A stretch of 64,000 bases of DNA, taken from assembly GCA_965223335.1 (NCBI GenBank), contig OZ244991.1, positions 1,536,001 through 1,600,000 of the forward strand, given 5' to 3'. The stretch comes from Thermodesulfobacteriota bacterium (GTDB taxonomy: Bacteria > Desulfobacterota_D > UBA1144 > Nemesobacterales > UBA2774). The position numbers were made by a program, and so were the translations under genes. Shown here piece after piece: positions 56,015 through 64,000 of the stretch (the stretch's first letter is position 1; each line of letters starts with the position of its first letter). A model generated the notes under the pieces. It was given only the letters and a program-made list of their open reading frames with translations. It made no database searches and had not been told where the DNA came from.

Positions 56015-56620
56015 TTGATTAAACTCTACGACTTTAAACTCTCGGGTAACTGCTACAAGGTAAGGCTTGCGCTTAACCAGCTCGGTGTAGAGTTCACAAG
56101 GGAGTTTGTAGATATATTTGCTGGTGAGCACAAACTCGATTGGTTCATAGCCGAGAACCCCAATGCAAAGCTGCCCGTATTGGTGGACAACGGGTTTACT
56201 ATCTGGGAGTCAAACGCGATTCTGCTCTATCTGGGCAATAAATTTGCACCCAATCGCCTGTACCCTGACGATACCGAAACATATGGTAGAGTATGTCAGT
56301 GGCTTTTTTTCGGCAAGACCACTCTCGACCCCAACCTTGCAATGGCAAGGTACCTGACCCGTTTTGTGCCAGAGGATAAGGCGGATCACAAACAGCTATC
56401 GACATATAAAGAGAACAGCGCCCGAGCATTAGAGATTTTGGATAATTACCTAAGAGAGAACAAGTTTTTAGCAGGCAGTTATTCGATTGCCGATATCGGG
56501 TGCTATCCCTATGTACACACTGCAGGAGAGGGCAATATCAGTTTAACCCCTTATCCTTCGGTGTTAGAGTGGTGCCAGCGCATAGAGTCGGAGCCCGGGT
56601 ATATTTCGATGGATTGGTAA
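56015..56620 (+). CDS. Glutathione S-transferase family protein
   Basis: SGNCYKVRL, NPNAKLPVL, ESNAILLYL, YSIADI. Confidence 0.92.
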   Translation: MIKLYDFKLSGNCYKVRLALNQLGVEFTREFVDIFAGEHKLDWFIAENPNAKLPVLVDNGFTIWESNAILLYLGNKFAPNRLYPDDTETYGRVCQWLFFGKTTLDPNLAMARYLTRFVPEDKADHKQLSTYKENSARALEILDNYLRENKFLAGSYSIADIGCYPYVHTAGEGNISLTPYPSVLEWCQRIESEPGYISMDW

Positions 56621-56637
56621 TAATGGGGGATGAAATG

Positions 56638-56711
56638 AGCGGGAAACGGGATTCGAACCCGCGACCTTCTCCTTGGCAAGGAGACGCTCTAGCCAGCTGA
56701 GCTATTCCCGC
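56638..56711 (-). tRNA. tRNA-Gly (anticodon GCC); CCA end not encoded
   Basis: GCGGGAA acceptor stem, TCTCC-TTGCCAA-GGAGA anticodon arm, GGTTCGAATCC T arm, U discriminator followed by CA. Confidence 0.97.
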
Positions 56712-56725
56712 TTCGAGACTAGAAA

Positions 56726-56754
56726 AAGATACTAAGACCAACTATTATTGTCAA
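56726..56754 (-). promoter_or_regulatory. Sigma70-type promoter for tRNA-Gly
   Basis: TTGACA - 17 nt - TATCTT ending 14 nt before the tRNA 5' end. Confidence 0.7.
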
Positions 56755-56772
56755 GGTAATCGGGGCCGTGCG

Positions 56773-57939
56773 GTGGGTGTCATGTCGGGTAGAAACGAAA
56801 TGGATCAAAAAGAGAGACAGGCGGTTATATCGGGTGTTAAGAGGGTTGTAATCAAGATAGGGAGCAGTGTGCTTACCGATGGCAAGGGGGCAGTATCCGC
56901 GGGTGTTTTTGAGAACCTGGCAAGCCAAATTTCAGCGCTTAAATCAAAAAATCTAGAGATCGTCATTGTATCGTCGGGTGCAGTGGCCTGTGGTATGGAG
57001 AAGCTGGGTATAAAGTCTATTCCGGAGGACATATCTTTAAAACAGGCGATCGCAGCCTCTGGGCAGAGTGCACTTATGTGGAACTACGAGCAGGCCTGTT
57101 CTGTGTATGGGCTTAACGTAGCGCAAATACTGCTTACCCACGACGGGCTCTCTGAGCGCAACCGCTTTTTACACGCGCGTAAAACTGTTTTGACCCTTTT
57201 GGGAATGGATATACTGCCCATTGTAAATGAGAACGATACCGTTGCCTATCAAGAGATAATGTTTGGTGATAACGACAACTTGGGCGCACTTGTGGTTAAC
57301 CTCATCGAGGCCGACCTGTTTTTGATACTTACCGATATCGCTGGGCTTTACGATAAGGACCCCAAACTAAACTCCGATGCCAAACTGATCACTACCATTG
57401 AAGAGATCGACAGTGAGATCGAAAACAAGGCCAGCGGTACACAGGGCAGGACCACTATAGGCGGGATGAAGACCAAGATAGAGGCTGCAAAGACGGCTGC
57501 TGCATTTGGTGTGCCTACGATTATAGCCGACGGGTGTAACGGTACGACACTCACTGATATTTTTGGCGATAACCCTGTAGGTACCTTGATACTTCCCTCA
57601 AAGCGAAGTCTCAGGGGGCGCAAGCACTGGATAGCGTTTACGCTAAAGTCCTGCGGCGAGATAGTCTTGGACGAAGGTGCGGTGAGGGCTGTGAGGGATT
57701 CGGGCAAGAGTCTTTTGCCCTCGGGTATTAGGGGTGTAAGGGGTGAGTTTGGTGTTGGGGACTCAGTCACGTGTGTGTCTGAGGACGGAGAGGAGGTAGC
57801 GCGTGGTCTCTCGTCTTACGGATCGGACGAGATACGTAAGATAATGGGTAAAAAAACAACGGAGATTGCCGGGGTGCTGGGTTATAAGTACAGTGACGAG
57901 GTTATCCACCGCGACGACCTGGCTGTAATCTCGGGTTAA
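56773..57939 (+). CDS. proB: Glutamate 5-kinase with PUA domain (true start may be ATG 56782 or 56800)
   Basis: VIKIGSSVL, VSSGAV, PIVNENDTV, FGDNDNL, GGMKTKIEAA, SLLPSG. Confidence 0.96.
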   Translation: MGVMSGRNEMDQKERQAVISGVKRVVIKIGSSVLTDGKGAVSAGVFENLASQISALKSKNLEIVIVSSGAVACGMEKLGIKSIPEDISLKQAIAASGQSALMWNYEQACSVYGLNVAQILLTHDGLSERNRFLHARKTVLTLLGMDILPIVNENDTVAYQEIMFGDNDNLGALVVNLIEADLFLILTDIAGLYDKDPKLNSDAKLITTIEEIDSEIENKASGTQGRTTIGGMKTKIEAAKTAAAFGVPTIIADGCNGTTLTDIFGDNPVGTLILPSKRSLRGRKHWIAFTLKSCGEIVLDEGAVRAVRDSGKSLLPSGIRGVRGEFGVGDSVTCVSEDGEEVARGLSSYGSDEIRKIMGKKTTEIAGVLGYKYSDEVIHRDDLAVISG

Positions 57940-57970
57940 TCTACGGCTGATTATATTCTCAACTAGCTAG

Positions 57971-58984
57971 ATGGCTTCTCGAAAATTCATTTTAATCTCT
58001 ATATTGGTTTTGTTTCTGGGTGCAATCTTATTGCTTGTGAGCGGGGTCTATTACATACGCAGCTCCTCGAGCATTGATACAGAGACTGTGGTCAATATAT
58101 CTAAGGGTGCGGGGTTGCGCGATATCGCAAATACGCTTCAATACAAAGGTGTAATCAAAAGCGAGAAATTGTTTGTGCTCTATGTCCTTTGGTCTGGGGA
58201 CCAAGACAAGTTAAAGGCCGGGGAGTACGAGTTTAACCCCGGCGATACTATGCGCGATGTCTTGCAGAAGCTTGTGGACGGCCAGATAGTGCTTCGCAAA
58301 GTGACAATACCCGAGGGCCTAAACCTACGGGAAATCGCGGTGCTCTTGGATGAAAAAAACGTTTTTGACTCGGTCGAGTTCATGAGCGCTCTTGGGGACG
58401 GGGATCTTAGGGCAGAGCTCCTTGGCCCAGGCGCCGAGAGCTTCGAGGGGTACCTCTTTCCCGAAACCTACAGCTATACGTTCGATATAACCCCAGCGGA
58501 ATTTGTAAGGATGATGGTCGATAGGTTCAATGCCGTCTACGGCTCGTTGGATATCGATAGCTCCAAGATAGACCTGACAAGGGACGAGATCCTGACCCTT
58601 GCGTCGATAGTGGAGGAGGAGACAGGTGACGCATCGGAACGCCCGCTTGTAGCCGCGGTGTTTTTGAACCGGCTTCGCAAGGGGATGCGTCTTGAGAGCG
58701 ATCCCACTGTTATATACGGGCTTGGGAGTGCCTACAACGGCAACCTGACTAAAACGCATCTACGAACCCCTACTGACTACAATACCTATGTTCACGGCGG
58801 TCTGCCCCCTGGGCCTATCTCTAACCCCGGCAAACACTCTATCGAGGCCGTACTAAACCCCGCACAGGTGAAATATATATATTTTGTTGCCAAAGGGGAC
58901 GGCACCCACGTTTTTTCCACCAATTACAGGGATCACTCCCGGGCTGTGCGCAAGTACCAGCGGCGCCGTGGCGGTGGGGATTAG
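57971..58984 (+). CDS. mltG: Endolytic transglycosylase MltG
   Basis: LKAGEY, TIPEG, EGYLFPETY, LASIVEEE, NRLRKGMRLESDPT, GLPPGPISNPG. Confidence 0.95.
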   Translation: MASRKFILISILVLFLGAILLLVSGVYYIRSSSSIDTETVVNISKGAGLRDIANTLQYKGVIKSEKLFVLYVLWSGDQDKLKAGEYEFNPGDTMRDVLQKLVDGQIVLRKVTIPEGLNLREIAVLLDEKNVFDSVEFMSALGDGDLRAELLGPGAESFEGYLFPETYSYTFDITPAEFVRMMVDRFNAVYGSLDIDSSKIDLTRDEILTLASIVEEETGDASERPLVAAVFLNRLRKGMRLESDPTVIYGLGSAYNGNLTKTHLRTPTDYNTYVHGGLPPGPISNPGKHSIEAVLNPAQVKYIYFVAKGDGTHVFSTNYRDHSRAVRKYQRRRGGGD

Positions 58985-61098
58985 GTAAACACCTTACTGA
59001 ACGGATCGACCTGTGATTTTTCCTTCTGAGTGGGTGGTATGAGTCTCTTGTCTCGCCTGTCGATTCTAATCGTGCCGTTTTTTCTTCTGGTGGCTATAAA
59101 CTGCGTGCCGCTTGACTCGCCCGAGATTTTTTGGAGGATTCTTGGGTAGTTTTTAGATCCTATAAATATAGAGTGCACACAAACACCCAGTTTCTTAGCC
59201 CTTGCCCGCTGCTCAGTAACCTCGCAGTCCCCCGATGTAGGTATGCCGTCGGTAATAAACAGTATGTGCTTGTTCCTAAGCCCTCTTCCCCTAAACTCGC
59301 CAAGCGCGTCTTTTAGAGCGTCTTCGTAGTTCGTGTTTCCCGAGCACTCGGTCTTAGACGCTAGCTCGAGCAACCATGGGTAATCGCGCGTGAAGAACTT
59401 TGAGTTTCTCTTGTACTTATAAGAGCGGTGGTTGAACTCCACATAGCCCACTCTCATGCGCTTTGACCTTGCAAGCTCTATCACACCCCTTACAACCGAC
59501 GAGGACCATTCGCTGTACACACCCATCATAGAGGTGCTTACGTCTCTCAGTATGGCGATCTCCCCGCCCAACATCTCTTTTTCCCTCTTATGAACACGGG
59601 GGAGTGTCGGCGTGGTGTGCTCCGACCAAAACATTGCCTCGAACGGGTCTACATCCTCTACCTCATCAAAGTAGTTCATCCGCTTCCATTTTCTCGGGAG
59701 CCCACCCGGGTGGGGGGCCTTAAGAGCGATGTTGCGCTGGAAATTGCCCTCAAGGGCCTTCATTATAATCTTTACGTTGTCCGCCGAGTCTGTGTTCTGT
59801 TTACCACTTATCCAGTACTCATCCTCGTCACCGGCTTCGGGTGATTTGCTGGCGTATACCTGTTCGGATTGTGGAGGTTCTCTGTCCTTGTCACGGTCCC
59901 CGTCATCAGCGGACTGCCCGGTGGGATCGTTGGGAGCTTTCTGGTTCTCGGGCGGAGCCATGCTGTTTTCGTTTTGAATATTCTCTTTTAGCTCTTTTAG
60001 TGCCTGGAAAAAGGTTTTACGGGCCTCTGAGAGCTGGTCGTTCGGCTCTTTTGTGCCCTGCTCGTCGGGGATCTCGTTCTTTTGTTCCGCAGACGGATCC
60101 TGTTCAAACTCAGAACCCCGCTCCTGCTCCTGTTCTAGCTCGCTGCTTCTGTCTTGTTCAGTTTTTTTTTTAGGGCTCAGATCCTCGAGTATCTCGTCTA
60201 TCTTTTGATAAACCTCTTCAGGGATCCTAAACGCCGTCATGTATTTAAGCGCTTTTAGGTCCTCCATAGTGCAGTTCTCTCTATCGTGCAGTATGGCGTG
60301 CGCTCTTATAATCTTTAGCGATTTCACAAAAAACGTTCTATCCGATATTAGTGAGTTAGTCTCATTACAACCGTAATCCTCTACGAGTCTGGCAACGAAG
60401 TTTGCAAGTCCTTCTTGTACCTCTACGGGAATACTAATTGTATTGAGCTTTTGGTAGTACTCGTCAAAAACCTCTTTGCTTACCTTTACCGGTACATCAT
60501 AGTCAAGGGGTCGGTCGGTATAGAGCTTGATAACCTCTTTGGCGTCGTCCCACCGCCTGCCGTACGAGAGTCCCCTTGAGTTTATCTGTAGCACAAACCT
60601 GTCCAGGTTAGCCGGGTCTAAGGGCTCGTTGTAGTATTCGTCCGCCGTGGGGTTGCTTGTGGCAATCGCGGTTAACAGAGGAATAGATTCGTCAAAGAAC
60701 TTTCTCTCATTTAGTATACGCAAAAGCACGTTAAGCGATTCCCCGGGTGCACGCGAGATGTCGTCCAGCAGACAGATCTCGGATGTAAGAATCCCGCCCT
60801 TTACCACCATCTGCTTTATAAGCTCGCCGGTGTCGGTGGTCTCTTTAGAGATAACAAGATCACCTATCAATTCAGAAAGCCTTGTGTCGCGATGGAGCTG
60901 GTAAAAGAAAAAGTGCAGTTGTGCAGCGCGTGAAATAATCTCGGCCAACATGGTTTTAGCAGTCCCTGGAGGGCCTTCGATATAAATGTGTTCACGTGCG
61001 ATTACGCCAAGGAGCAAAGAGATCTTTACTTCTTCGTGCCCAACCACTAAGTTATCCATCTCCGATTTCAGAGCTAAAAAAGGATTAACAGACGTCAT
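58981..61098 (-). CDS. MoxR/RavA-type AAA+ ATPase fused through an acidic linker to a VWA (MIDAS) domain
   Basis: Walker A GPPGTAKT, Walker B ICLLDD, LNVLLRILNER, LDRF, ISDR; C-terminal DVSTS, GNTNY, FITDG; GGAGG SD. Confidence 0.88.
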   Translation of the reverse strand: MTSVNPFLALKSEMDNLVVGHEEVKISLLLGVIAREHIYIEGPPGTAKTMLAEIISRAAQLHFFFYQLHRDTRLSELIGDLVISKETTDTGELIKQMVVKGGILTSEICLLDDISRAPGESLNVLLRILNERKFFDESIPLLTAIATSNPTADEYYNEPLDPANLDRFVLQINSRGLSYGRRWDDAKEVIKLYTDRPLDYDVPVKVSKEVFDEYYQKLNTISIPVEVQEGLANFVARLVEDYGCNETNSLISDRTFFVKSLKIIRAHAILHDRENCTMEDLKALKYMTAFRIPEEVYQKIDEILEDLSPKKKTEQDRSSELEQEQERGSEFEQDPSAEQKNEIPDEQGTKEPNDQLSEARKTFFQALKELKENIQNENSMAPPENQKAPNDPTGQSADDGDRDKDREPPQSEQVYASKSPEAGDEDEYWISGKQNTDSADNVKIIMKALEGNFQRNIALKAPHPGGLPRKWKRMNYFDEVEDVDPFEAMFWSEHTTPTLPRVHKREKEMLGGEIAILRDVSTSMMGVYSEWSSSVVRGVIELARSKRMRVGYVEFNHRSYKYKRNSKFFTRDYPWLLELASKTECSGNTNYEDALKDALGEFRGRGLRNKHILFITDGIPTSGDCEVTEQRARAKKLGVCVHSIFIGSKNYPRILQKISGESSGTQFIATRRKNGTIRIDRRDKRLIPPTQKEKSQVDPFSKVFT
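60158..60186 (-). other. Candidate programmed frameshift / transcriptional slippage site (SD-like GAGGA, A10 run, -1 frame TGA)
   Basis: Minus strand GAGGA-tctgagccct-AAAAAAAAAA-C-TGA at the AAA+/linker boundary. Confidence 0.55.
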
Positions 61099-61317
61099 TA
61101 TATGGGTATGCCTCCAATAATATTACGATCATTAAAGTGTACATAAGGTGTTCTTTTTTGCAATAAGCCCGATCGGTTGAGAGTGCGGCTGTACTGGGAG
61201 CTATTTGTAAAGTCGCTATCGGATAATTGCCTCTCATCCCTACCCGCTAGCTGCTTTATTTACTTAAGTGTGTTTAGTATGATAAGTTAAAGCTCCAAAC
61301 ACACACTCGGGCAAACC

Positions 61318-62673
61318 ATGCAGTCGGAACTAAACAACTTACTCTCAGGGCTAAGCGGATATATTTGGGGTCTTCCTCTCATAGTCCTCTTACTGGGTAC
61401 CGGTATATACCTAACTTTTATACTGCGGGGTATTCAGTTCAGGACGTTGATCCCCTCGCTCTATCTGGCATTCGTGGTCAGAAAAGAGCAGAGTGATGTT
61501 GAGGGCGATATCTCGCATTTTCAGGCCCTTATGACGGCACTGTCGGCCACAGTGGGTGTGGGGAACATAGCCGGTGTGGCTACGGCTATAGCTGCCGGGG
61601 GACCGGGGGCGCTTTTCTGGATGTGGATAACGGGGCTTCTGGGTATGGCAACTAAGTATTCCGAGGCCATACTCGCCGTCAAATACCGCGAGGTAGACTC
61701 CCGGGGTACTATGAGCGGGGGTCCTATGTACTACATTTCCAAGGGCCTGGGGTTAAAATGGCTCGGCGCATTATTTGCGCTGTTTGCGGCCATTGCGGCT
61801 TTTGGTATCGGCAACATGGTACAGTCCAACTCTGTGGCCGATGCTTTGGGCGAGGCATTCGCGGTGCCCAATTGGATCACCGGTGCGGTATTGTGTGTGG
61901 GTACGGGGCTTGTGCTGGTGGGTGGCATCAAGAGCATCGCGCGTGTAACCAGTGCGATTGTGCCCATGATGATTGTGCTCTATATATTCGGTGCGGTTTT
62001 GGTACTGATAACTTATGCCTCTAACATACCCAATACCTTTTATCTGATTTTTAAACACGCATTTACACCTACGGCTGCTGCGGGCGGGTTTTTGGGTGCT
62101 ACGATTGCCAATACAGTGAGGATGGGTGTGGCCAGGGGGATATTCTCAAACGAATCGGGCTTGGGCAGCTCGCCGATTGCTGCGGCTGCGGCCAAGACCC
62201 AAAACCCCGTGCGCCAGGCGCTGGTGTCCATGACACAGACGTTCATCGACACTATAGTCGTGTGTACGTTCACGGGTGTGGCCATTATCTCAAGCGGAGT
62301 GTGGACAAGCGGCGACACGGGTGCGGGGTTGACCACTAAGGCGTTTGACCAGGGGATACAGGGGACACTGGGCGGCAATATAGTGGCGATCAGTCTTGCG
62401 TTCTTTGCGTACACGACTCTGCTCGGCTGGAGTTATTACGGCGAGAAATCTATCCAGTACCTGCTAAAAGACCGCGCTGTGATGCCCTATAGGGTTATTT
62501 TTACGCTCGTAGTTTTTGTGGGAGCGGTGGTAAAATTGGACCTGGTCTGGAATTTCGCCGATGTGATGAACGGGCTTATGGCATTTCCCAACCTAATCGG
62601 ACTGTTGGGGCTCTCACCGGTTGTGGTCGAGGAGACCAGGAAATATTTAAAAACGGAGCTCGATCAATTGTAG
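61318..62673 (+). CDS. Alanine/glycine:cation symporter (AGCS family)
   Basis: [56 protein letters not shown]. Confidence 0.95.
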   Translation: MQSELNNLLSGLSGYIWGLPLIVLLLGTGIYLTFILRGIQFRTLIPSLYLAFVVRKEQSDVEGDISHFQALMTALSATVGVGNIAGVATAIAAGGPGALFWMWITGLLGMATKYSEAILAVKYREVDSRGTMSGGPMYYISKGLGLKWLGALFALFAAIAAFGIGNMVQSNSVADALGEAFAVPNWITGAVLCVGTGLVLVGGIKSIARVTSAIVPMMIVLYIFGAVLVLITYASNIPNTFYLIFKHAFTPTAAAGGFLGATIANTVRMGVARGIFSNESGLGSSPIAAAAAKTQNPVRQALVSMTQTFIDTIVVCTFTGVAIISSGVWTSGDTGAGLTTKAFDQGIQGTLGGNIVAISLAFFAYTTLLGWSYYGEKSIQYLLKDRAVMPYRVIFTLVVFVGAVVKLDLVWNFADVMNGLMAFPNLIGLLGLSPVVVEETRKYLKTELDQL

Positions 62674-62783
62674 GATTATTACGTTTAATTAACACCGAGC
62701 CTTTTTGATGTTGTACACACTCGAAATCTATAATAAAATAATTGTTTGAGATTGTATAAATACAACTCGATGAGGGAGGCAGA

Positions 62784-63218
62784 ATGCAATTATCTACAAA
62801 ACTAACTACCGTTTTGTTCCCGGCTGTGTTGTTCCTGAGCACTATTGTTTGCGGTGCTATGGAGTGGAGTTATGTGGGTTTTGGGGTTGTGGACGGGCTT
62901 AATAGATTCAACGTCTATGTTGACAACACATCGCCTCCCACACCAGAGGGAGTACACACTTTTTGGCAGGGCCATGTGTTTTATAACGACCAGTTTCTGC
63001 CCGATGGAAAGACCTATCTCAGGATAAGTATCCGCCGATCAATCAACTGCAGCGATAGAACGTCGGTTACCAAAGAGGCTGTGTTTTACGATGGCTCAAA
63101 CTCGGTAGTGGACCGCTACACCCCTCCTGCCGAAGACGCAGTGTTTAACCCTGTCGAGGCAGGCTCCATTGATGAAGCGGTGCTAAATTTCATATGTGAC
63201 GGGGGCAGTGAGCAATGA
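62784..63218 (+). CDS. Exported protein, surface-adhesin E-like
   Basis: Signal peptide; W...YVD...FW...INC..R...FYD...GSI......C pattern. Confidence 0.65.
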   Translation: MQLSTKLTTVLFPAVLFLSTIVCGAMEWSYVGFGVVDGLNRFNVYVDNTSPPTPEGVHTFWQGHVFYNDQFLPDGKTYLRISIRRSINCSDRTSVTKEAVFYDGSNSVVDRYTPPAEDAVFNPVEAGSIDEAVLNFICDGGSEQ

Positions 63219-63676
63219 ACCTATTTTTCCGAGAGGGCTACATAAAATTGTTCATTATTGCCCTTGTTTTAGTGTCTGTGTTTGTAGCCCCAGGCTGTAA
63301 GACTGAGAAGGTGGCAGACGACGGCTGGCGGTTTTTAGGGGCCATACAGGACGAAAACGGAGACGCCGTAGGAGTGTTTCTAGATACGACCAAGATCGAG
63401 GTTAAAAACGGCAAGCGGACATTCTGGGTCAAGTATGTTGCCAACACAAACCCCAATCAAAAGCCTAAATCCCCCGAGGACACATATATCCGCCAAACTG
63501 GGTTTTGGGAGGTCGACTGTTTCGACCGCTCTCTTGAAAGGGTGTCCGAGGAGTATTACGACTCTGCGGGCAAACTACTGGGAAAGACTACCGAAAGAAT
63601 GAAAGAGGAGTATGACGACAAGGGCTCCATAGGGGCAAAAATGGCCGATATGGCGTGTCGTTACGGAGGCAAGTAA
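63215..63676 (+). CDS. Lipoprotein, surface-adhesin E-like
   Basis: Lipobox APGC; W...FLD...FW...VDC..R...YYD...GSI......C; 4-nt overlap with the upstream paralog. Confidence 0.65.
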   Translation: MNLFFREGYIKLFIIALVLVSVFVAPGCKTEKVADDGWRFLGAIQDENGDAVGVFLDTTKIEVKNGKRTFWVKYVANTNPNQKPKSPEDTYIRQTGFWEVDCFDRSLERVSEEYYDSAGKLLGKTTERMKEEYDDKGSIGAKMADMACRYGGK

Positions 63677-63749
63677 TTTCCCTACCCCCTTGCTTAGGAA
63701 CCATTTTAGAACCCCCGATATTTATCTATATTTAGTTCTTCCTGATAGA

Positions 63750-63980
63750 TTAGTGCTTGACGTCATTAGGTATAAGCACCATCTGCCAAACCGAAAATAT
63801 CAACTCTTCTTTATCGTTTAGTTTGTTTTCGGCCCCCATCAACATGTCCGAAGAATATTTATTGGCAAACTCTTCTATGTCCTCCACAGTTATGTCGACC
63901 TCTTGGGACGAGCCGTGAAGCACGACTTTGTACCCTTTATCTGTTTGAGTAGCTGTGTATCCGTCTATGTTTTTGTACAT
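63750..63980 (-). CDS. Small hypothetical protein
   Basis: 76-aa ORF with AGGAG SD upstream and no competing ORF. Confidence 0.7.
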   Translation of the reverse strand: MYKNIDGYTATQTDKGYKVVLHGSSQEVDITVEDIEEFANKYSSDMLMGAENKLNDKEELIFSVWQMVLIPNDVKH

Positions 63981-64000
63981 TTGTTAACTCCTATATTCCT

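Noticed and set aside
56638..56711. tRNA-Gly as an integration site for an island
   Set aside because: No integrase and no duplicated tRNA 3' end found; flanking genes are ordinary.
61099..61317. Glycine riboswitch upstream of the AGCS symporter; GTGTGTTT/AAACACAC inverted repeat at 61268-61304
   Set aside because: The conserved GGAGA / CCGAAG / CTCAGG aptamer elements are not in the leader, and the 8-bp repeat with a 21-nt spacer is too weak to call.

Overview
A gene-dense bacterial chromosomal window of moderate GC with about 56 protein-coding genes and one tRNA-Gly(GCC). I found no rRNA, CRISPR array, integrase or transposase. Most genes are housekeeping: gyrB, gyrA, tgt-yajC-secD-secF, pheS, dcd, dapB, dapF, hisA, hisF, proB, sucD, nuoG, nuoH, futalosine-pathway mqnA/mqnD, cofC, mltG, mtgA, two rlpA, tamB and RNase G. 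Many normally paired genes sit here without their partner. Gene content suggests a Gram-negative, deltaproteobacteria-like lineage (possibly Dadabacteria); this is inference only. The main candidate novel system is a single MoxR/RavA-type AAA+ - acidic linker - VWA gene (58981-61098, minus strand). An A10 run lies exactly at the end of its AAA+ module, with an SD-like GAGGA 10 nt upstream and stop codons shortly after in both shifted frames. One gene could therefore make both a stand-alone AAA+ subunit and the AAA-VWA fusion by slippage or frameshifting. Other oddities are a GGCT/Zn-hydrolase fusion, a PAS/GAF sensor with no output domain, cofC flanked by lactate/lactaldehyde-type dehydrogenases, a YERxx triple repeat in TamB, and a YajC with a lipobox. 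All calls come from motif recognition by eye; no searches were run.
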